This document shows positions 56,519 through 64,000 of a DNA stretch of 64,000 nt, piece after piece. Location of the stretch: assembly GCA_964016885.1 (NCBI GenBank), contig OZ024743.1, positions 122,450,001 to 122,514,000 of the forward strand, read 5' to 3'. The position numbers and the translations under genes were made by a program. Every line of letters begins with the position of its first letter. Within the stretch, counting starts at the first letter, position 1. Below the pieces are notes generated by a model. The model made no database searches. It was not told the DNA's origin and worked only from the letters and a program-made list of their open reading frames with translations. The stretch is from Eledone cirrhosa. Lineage: Eukaryota.

Positions 56519-57909
56519 CTAATCATTATAATGTTTATTTCTTACAGAGCGACAAGGTCATACATTTGGCCAGGAAGGAACAGTTAATTATATTGATCCC
56601 ATTACTTGACTGGTACTTATTTTACCGACATCAAAAGGATGAAAGATAAATTCTACATCGGCAAGATTCTAACTCAGACGTAAAGAGCCGTAACTAGATA
56701 TTATAAGTCATTTTGTTTGAAACCTTAGAGACTCTACCAATCCGCTATATGATATGACGATGATATAGATGATAACTTTCACAGGTGAAGATTCTGTAAA
56801 ATCAATTTAATGATTTACTGCTGTAAGTAATATGAGTATCAAAGAACAGTATCGTTACTTCATAGAATATTATTTGCCGATTTGTTTTAAATCAACCAGA
56901 ATTTAGTTTTGCATTGAAGTAGGTATTTGCTTTAATTTGTTTTGATTAAATTACTTGGCCTCGCTTGTATAGAGTGTTTGGAGTGCTAATTTATGGGCGC
57001 CAATTCCCGAGTGCAACGATAAAGAGGTTTATGACTTTAGTTTATAGTAAACTGTAGCATATGAATTCATAAAAATATGTTCTTGCAGACCAGCTTCTAT
57101 CATGGCGAAAACAATTAATTTTAGATTTTTATCTTATCAAAAGATTCTAAAGTGCAGAGCATATTCTTCCAACATTTCAGTATAATGAATGGTTAGATGC
57201 GAGATAGATTGTTGAATATAGCTCTTTTTGCTTGAAAAAGATATACGAAAGAGTTGAAGATGTGTCTAGATGCGTCTGTTTTATGGTAGGATATCAATTA
57301 CTTGTTGTTACTTCTAGAAAGTAATACACAGCATATGGAACAAAATTAAATTAGATTCCATAACAGCAAATATATTGTAGTCCCACTGCGAAAATGTTTA
57401 TGAATTTATCTGGGATATTTTCACCAACGAATATTGTAAACAGAAAACCGATAAATTCATTCATGCAGGTTAACTGTAAGATCATAATTTATGTTTTCAT
57501 ATAAAGGATAGTATTTAATCTAATTATCTGCTCTGTTTATATAAATCATTATACAATAGCACTATAAATAACGCTGGACGTTTTCAGTTCATATAATTAT
57601 ATATTTTTGTACTAACTTCATCCTTAGATAGGAAATATGTTTCACTATTAACATCTATACTACGCTTCGATCGGTTTGATTGCGATTATCACAATTCCTT
57701 GAAGTATACCTAGAAATAAAAATAAATATCGAATTCGGAATTAGTCTGGTACTAATGTAGACATCCAGAAATAAGACACATGGTGATGATATTTGGAGAT
57801 AAAACCTATAGAAATGTAGGGAGGATATAATCATTAAAACATTTAATTTCTAAGATGAACTTAATAGTTCAAGAAAATATAATCTTATTTACTGAAATCT
57901 ATATTGCAT

Positions 57910-58310
57910 ATAATAATTGTTTCTACTTTTGGCACAAGGCCAGCAACTACCCAGTGCATTAGTGGTACTTTATTTTATCGACCCCGTAATGATGAAAGGC
58001 AAAGTTAACCTCGGCGGGATTTGAACTCATAATAGCAACGGCCGTAACTCTATGTGTCAAAGCATGGCGTCCGACCCTCTACCGATACTGCCAATTCACC
58101 GCCCTATATTGCATGTAATAATGATTTCTACTATAGGCACAAGGCCAGCAATTTGAAGGAGAGGGGAAAATCGATTAAATCGACACCAGTGCATTACTGG
58201 TGCTTTATTTATTGAGCTCGTAAGGATAAAAGGCAAAGCTAACATCGACGGGATTTGAAATTAGAACGTAAATGGCCATAACTCTATGCTGCAAAGTACC
58301 GATACTGAAA
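57910..58310 (-). mobile_element. Two tandem Nin/Deu-core SINEs
   Basis: TSD CTATATTGCAT(A/G)TAATAAT. Confidence 0.88.
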
Positions 58311-58587
58311 TATTTCTACAATTGTCATATGAGAAACTAATATAGATTATTGAATAAAAGACTGAGAGGAAATGTCGATCTCGACTAGATTCATGTTTAG
58401 AATATAAAAATACACCATTACATAATCTGTTTATTTTCGAGGGTCGGCTGAAAAGTTCATAGGCTAACTATAAAGGGTTGATGCTTGAGCTGTAAAATCT
58501 TTCATGAATCAATTTCTTGTAGTAAGAATGAGGATATTCACATATTTCTGAGTGGTAGGGTGAAGCCCATTCCTTTCAAGGTCTGAG

Positions 58588-58631
<44 letters not shown>

Positions 58632-58864
58632 GGGGGGGGATAGGAAAGAAACACTGAGAGAAATAGCTCTCCAGTATTGAACTGACACTTTTTGCCAACC
58701 TCAAAAGGAAAAGGCAAAGTTGACCTCAGCAGGATTTGAACTCAGAGCTCAGAGAACCGAAACGAATACGTGAAAGCATTCTATCCAAGGTTCTAACATC
58801 TCTGCAAATCACCGCCTATTGTACACATATAATAGATAAAAAAAGTTTAGGCAAAGATGTTATA

Positions 58865-59158
58865 TAATTGTTTCTACTTTTGGCACAAGGCCAGCAATTA
58901 TCCAGTGCATTACTGGTACTTTATTTTATCGACCCCATAAGGATGAAAGGCAAAGTTAACTAAATAATTGTTTCTACTTTTGGTACAAGGCCAGCAATTA
59001 CCCAGTGCATTACTGGTACTTTATTTTATCGACCCCATAAGGATGAAAGGCAAAGTTAACTAAATAATTGTTTCTACTTTTGGCACAAGGCCAGCAATTA
59101 TCCAGTGTATTACTGGTACTTTATTTTATCGACCCCGTAATGATGAAAGGCAAAGTTA
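58865..59158 (-). mobile_element. Three tandem 5'-truncated SINE halves (~99-bp period)
   Basis: ATAATTGTTTCTAC...GGCAAAGTTA repeated three times. Confidence 0.9.
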
Positions 59159-59275
59159 TGCAATCAGGGTATTTAGTTACTTTACCACACAGCTACACGT
59201 TAATGAAATATAATAATAGAGATTTCTAATGACCACGCAATTATATTTTGAAGAAGAGTTTTAGACTGTCTAAGG

Positions 59276-59466
59276 CAGGCTTTCCCCAAACGTTTTCAAA
59301 TGCAGAACCCTTTTTGGTTGAGAAACTTTTGGGAGAACCCCAAAGTCTAATACTGTTATTTAGTCATAAGATAAATGAATATACTCCTCTACTTTTTTTT
59401 CACAGAGCCCCAGACACTTGTATGCGGAACTCTTGGGTTCCGCGGAACCCACCTTGGGTAACACTG
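59276..59466. mobile_element. hAT-type MITE
   Basis: CAGGCTTTCCCCAA...TTGGGTAACACTG ends with 8-bp TSD GTCTAAGG on both sides. Confidence 0.88.
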
Positions 59467-60334
59467 GTCTAAGGAAATAATCATTGGGTAAGGAATCGTA
59501 GGAGGAGGAGACGAAGAAGGGGATGATGATGTGGAGGAGGATGAGATGGGGGGGGGGGTGTAATCATTTAAACAATCCGCATTCCTTAACAAGAACTTAT
59601 TTTAAAGAGCCGGATTAATGAAAGGAAAAGTTGATTTCGACTGGCATTAAAACTCTAGTACATATGTATAGTAAAACTTTAGGTTATTTATTCATACATT
59701 TGAACATAAAACCTTTTAAAACTCCTTATTATACATGTGTGTGCTTGTGTTCATGTGTGTGTTTGTGTTCATGGACTTTGCACGCATAAGTATTTTGAAA
59801 CCCTTAAATTTTATTTTATTTTATTTTATCATATTCACCTATCTACTTACTAATTCATTTAACGTGATGATGGTGATGGAGTTGGTGGAAGTGGTGATGA
59901 TTGTGTGTCAGTGAAACATATATACCGGGTCCGAACACAAAGAGGGTATTATTTCTATATCAAATATTTCTAGTATTATTCAAACAACAATAGGTTTGTA
60001 TATCTGGAATTGTTGGTTCAGAGACTAGAAAACCCTTAAAGTTTGAAAATAAGATTTACCCACTTCTCAGCAAAACTTTGACAGGAATTTTCATGAGAAT
60101 GTTTCGGTTGTCATTTCTAGCTTCAGATGAAGAGTTGTTAATTTAATGCAATAGGGATTGCATTCCATCATTTAACATTTTATATATTTCTTTTGTTATT
60201 CATAATATATTCATATAAATCACGTATATCACAGAGACACATGTGACCATTTATACCATACATGAATAGAGAAAGTTACATGGATCGGTTTCTGTGGCAT
60301 GAAATCCCCTCAATCTATCTTATTTCTCATTCTT

Positions 60335-60370
60335 TCTTCTGATGAAGGACTAGTGTCCGAAACGTTAAGA
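60335..60370 (+). ncRNA. Ultra-minimal hammerhead ribozyme
   Basis: TCTT-CTGATGA-A-GGAC TAGT GTCC-GAAA-CG-TT-AAGA. Palindromic AACGTT stem III. Confidence 0.85.
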
Positions 60371-60435
60371 CCCTCTTCCTGCTATATCAAGCGTTAACCT
60401 AATATTGTTGTTATTTCTGTTTACCTTTTACATAC

Positions 60436-60499
<64 letters not shown>

Positions 60500-60666
60500 T
60501 TATTAATCTGTTATTTTAATAAATATTTGCTCTACGGTTCCTTATCGAGCTCTCTTTGGATTTTAGTCTTCAAATTTATTATTATTACTATATATATATA
60601 TATATATTATAAAGGGAAAAGACAGAAGGCCAAATATGTTGAATTTCCTTAATTGTTTATTTCAGC

Positions 60667-60728
60667 AAACACTATGCACATTTCAGTGGCCAAGTTGCGT
60701 AAGAACCCGTTGACATCCTCAGACATCG
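60667..60728 (-). ncRNA. Degenerate hammerhead-like motif in TA-flanked element 60608-60786
   Basis: CTGAGGA-TGTCAA...TTGGC CACT-GAAA-TGTGCA-TA. Stem I is mostly G-U pairs. Confidence 0.45.
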
Positions 60729-60803
60729 TGGTTAACATAGCAGAATAACCAATTCTACCCAGTGGCGAACCACCAATTTTGAACTTATATATATATATAT
60801 ATA

Positions 60804-60964
60804 TAGGAAAAGAGTCAGGACCCCGACAGCTGAGCTCCGGCCGTTTCGACAGCTAGATCCAAACTTGTCCTGACTCTTTTCCTATTACCCACTCTACTAA
60901 CCTAAGTATCGAGTACTCTGGTGCATTATGGTCCACCTGGTTCCTTACCACACTTTCTTTGTTT
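60804..60964. mobile_element. Second copy of the 26772-26937 element
   Basis: Sequence match with a shorter right arm. Confidence 0.8.
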
Positions 60965-60975
60965 ATATATATATA

Positions 60976-61373
60976 GGGTAACAAGTTATCGTTTTAGGTA
61001 ATCCAGTTAGAGGTACTATGGATAGTTTTAACGTAAGGCGTTGTTTGACTCAACAAGAGGTTTCCTTAGTTAGGTAGCGAGTTTGCGAGAATTCCCATGC
61101 AGGTCATTCTTGGAGTAATAGAAGTGAAAGGGTGAAGAATAACATGGTCGGCTGTACAAAAAGGGTTTTATTTACAGTAGTAACAATTGATCACTCGAAA
61201 TTGCGTCACTCGACCTTAAAAACAGTGTGTGTCTTTACATTGTATTTAAGGTCGAGTGACGCAATTTCGAGTGATCAGCGGCCTTTAGACTCACCTGATC
61301 AATGAAACAATTGTTAATACTGTAAATGAACCCTTTTTGTACAGCCAACCATGTTATTCATCACTCTTTCACT
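60976..61373. mobile_element. TA-flanked element with nested inverted repeats
   Basis: Outer arms 61123-61189 / 61308-61373. Perfect 33-bp inner arms 61188-61220 / 61245-61277. Confidence 0.8.
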
Positions 61374-61391
61374 ATATATATATATATATAT

Positions 61392-61458
<67 letters not shown>

Positions 61459-62473
61459 TAAGTCTTGTTATTCTGGAGTTTTACCAGTTTGCTCAAGTAG
61501 GTGAAACTCCAGAATAATAAGACTCATTTCTTAGCCACAATAAATGGATATTTAAACTCTACTTGAGTATTGAGTACTTTCTCTCGTCCGTCAACTTCCT
61601 AAGGATATATATATATATATATATATATATGACTTTTGTACGTCTTTTTACTTAGCGTAAGTTGACATTTACCTAATGACAAAGAGACGGAGTGTGTGAG
61701 AGAGAGAGAGAGAGTGAGAGGGAGAGAGTGAGAGAGAGAGAGAGAGAGAGAGATGAGAAATATAGATAATGGAGAGGGATGTCTCTTCTTCCCTTCCTAG
61801 TTTCTTATTTTAATATCTTTCCATCCCCTTCACTATCTGACAAACACTTCCTCTCGTTTCATTTCGCGCACAAATTTATTTTATCAAGGTTTTATATCTC
61901 ATCTCCCTCTCTATTTTATTTTACTAGCATTGACAGACAAACTCTATTTATCTGTCAATCTATCTGTTCATCTATATAGATGATGTTGTTGTTATTGTAA
62001 CCATAATAAGTGAGTAAACCATAGTGGGTGTATGATGGTTGACATATCTATAATTGATTTAAATGAATGTAAAATAAAATATGGCGATGGCAGGAGTGTG
62101 AAGAAGAAGAAGAAGAAGAAGAAGAAGAAGAAGAAGAAGAAGAAGAAGAAGAAGAAGAAGAGTGATTGAGATTTGTGATGTCAAAGAAAATTCATAGATT
62201 TAAGCATCACCACATAAAATGTTATAATTCAAGAAATATTAAATTTAACATTTTTTTACCATACACTGCTAAAGAGAGAGAGAGGGAGGGGGAGAGGAAG
62301 AAAGAGAGAGAAAGAAAAGGAAAGAGAGACTGAACAAAAGAAAGAGAGGACGAGAGAGAGTGTTTCCTTTCCACCCATGTAGAAGATCATGAAAGAAGAA
62401 TATGCCTCGTCAAAAATATCTTGAACGAATCATTTAACACTTTCTATAAAAATATAGATATATATCCAAATCA

Positions 62474-62915
62474 GTGGTGGATTGACAGATTCGATAGAGT
62501 GACGGACAAACTGTCTTGTAGCATTTAATTACCCTTTACATTGTGAGTTTAAATCCCTACGAGGTTGACTTTGCTCTTCATTCTCCCGGGGTCGATAAAA
62601 TCAGTACCGGTTGAATAATTGTTTTTACTTTTAGCACAAGGCCAGCAATTTGAAGGAGAGAGGGAAGTCGATTAAATAGACTCCAGTACTCACTATTGCT
62701 TTATTTAATCGACCCCGTAAGGATGAAAGGTTAAATTGGCGGGACATGAACTCAGAACTCCGCCGAGATTAGTTTTACCTTTCATCCTTACGGTGTCGGT
62801 TAAATAAAGCACCAGTGAGTACTGGGCTCGATTTAATCGACTTTCCCCTCCTCTTCAAATATAATCAATTATACCAAGCCCCAAATTTCAGGCCTTGTGC
62901 CTAAGTTAGATAGCA
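62474..62915. mobile_element. Nested SINE fragments in both orientations
   Basis: + copy 62474-62610. Inverted pair 62659-62730 / 62778-62850. Confidence 0.75.
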
Positions 62916-64000
62916 ATATATGTTAAGAACAGCACGTATTGATTATATTGTACTCCTCAGTAGAATTTACCAGACGTACTTAAAATATCACTGAAACAAA
63001 TGAATAAAACATGCGATATAACTTTCAGTCTTATATCCATTTACTTAGAAATCCTAGTGCTCTGTTTTTCTATTCCTGTTGCAGTTATGTGATGGATATT
63101 AGAACTTTACTTCGTCTATAAATATGTGTTATCTTGAAATATATCTTAGCTTGAAAGAAAAAGATTAGCACCCCTCGCCTGTTAGGACTCCTTTGATTTG
63201 GAAGGGTATTATTAGTAGGTTACATTTGCATTTAATGATTAATTGTAAGTTAACACTTAATAGTTTCGGAGGGTTGCAGTTAGAGAAATATGAAGTGGAA
63301 AATGATACTGGCAATGTGACAGCTTGTGGATGTCAGCAAATGATAGATGAGTGTTGTGAGTATGCTGGAATAAAGAAGGTTTGCAGTAAGCAACTTACAT
63401 TCTGAATGTAATAATTGTGAAGACACACGTCAACCTACGATAGAAACAAGAAGTTATAGTTGGTTTGTCTATCAAACGGATTGCTTTTAGTGAATGTGTT
63501 ATGGCATTTGAAAAGGTGACAACAATTCCAAATGTCGCAGCAATAATCATTTTTGATTATTGCTGTGTCATATCTAAACAACTCTTCAGCACTAAATATT
63601 CTTTTCACTCCGGAATGTAAGCAATGTTTCATCAATTTAGTTTTAACTGTGTTAAAAACGTAAGCGTCCCATTTCCACCATCATCCATAACTTTTCAATA
63701 GCAGTGTCATACATTCATCAGGAGTTATGTCAACACTGTTCTCCATCATGTTTTTAAAGATAGGTTTGAAAGGAGGCCTACTGATGATGGTCCCAAGGGT
63801 CCCAGGTAATGACTTGGCTGGTCACACCTTTGGGCTTCTCAGAAATTAGCTGGTAAATTCCAGCTATCTTCCAGCTTTATTGTCCGTCAACTGGGAGACT
63901 TCAGCATGGATTTAATGAGGGTCCAACTGTCATACATGTAAAGAAAGATTGCTGTGTTTGATGTAATCAAATTTCCCTTCTCGAGTTGCCTAGAGAAACT

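Noticed and set aside
63190-64000. Possible exon or transposase remnant (Cys-rich short ORFs)
   Set aside because: Short, stop-interrupted, and no family I can recognise.

Overview
AT-rich, repeat-dominated eukaryotic DNA. The microsatellite load and repeat families suggest an octopus-like cephalopod (inference). I found no intact host gene; nearly all long ORFs in the track are microsatellite artefacts. Recognisable content: two Penelope-like element (PLE) remnants with RT and GIY-YIG, RTE-type LINE fragments, a CRE-like LINE 3' end, an internally deleted L1/Tx1-like LINE, pogo and mariner remnants, piggyBac- and hAT-type MITEs, about 30 copies or fragments of a tRNA-headed Nin/Deu-core SINE, and a ~3 kb fold-back. 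The most striking signal is invisible in the ORF track: about a dozen type-I hammerhead ribozyme (HHR) motifs in several unrelated small non-coding elements, mostly embedded in (TA)n tracts. They include a 446-nt tandem retrozyme-like array (46.8-48.0 kb) with one textbook minimal HHR, and a family with a compensatory U3-A8 core. Many of these elements carry an inverted duplication whose junction lies at or next to the ribozyme. All structures were read by eye; nothing was computed or searched.
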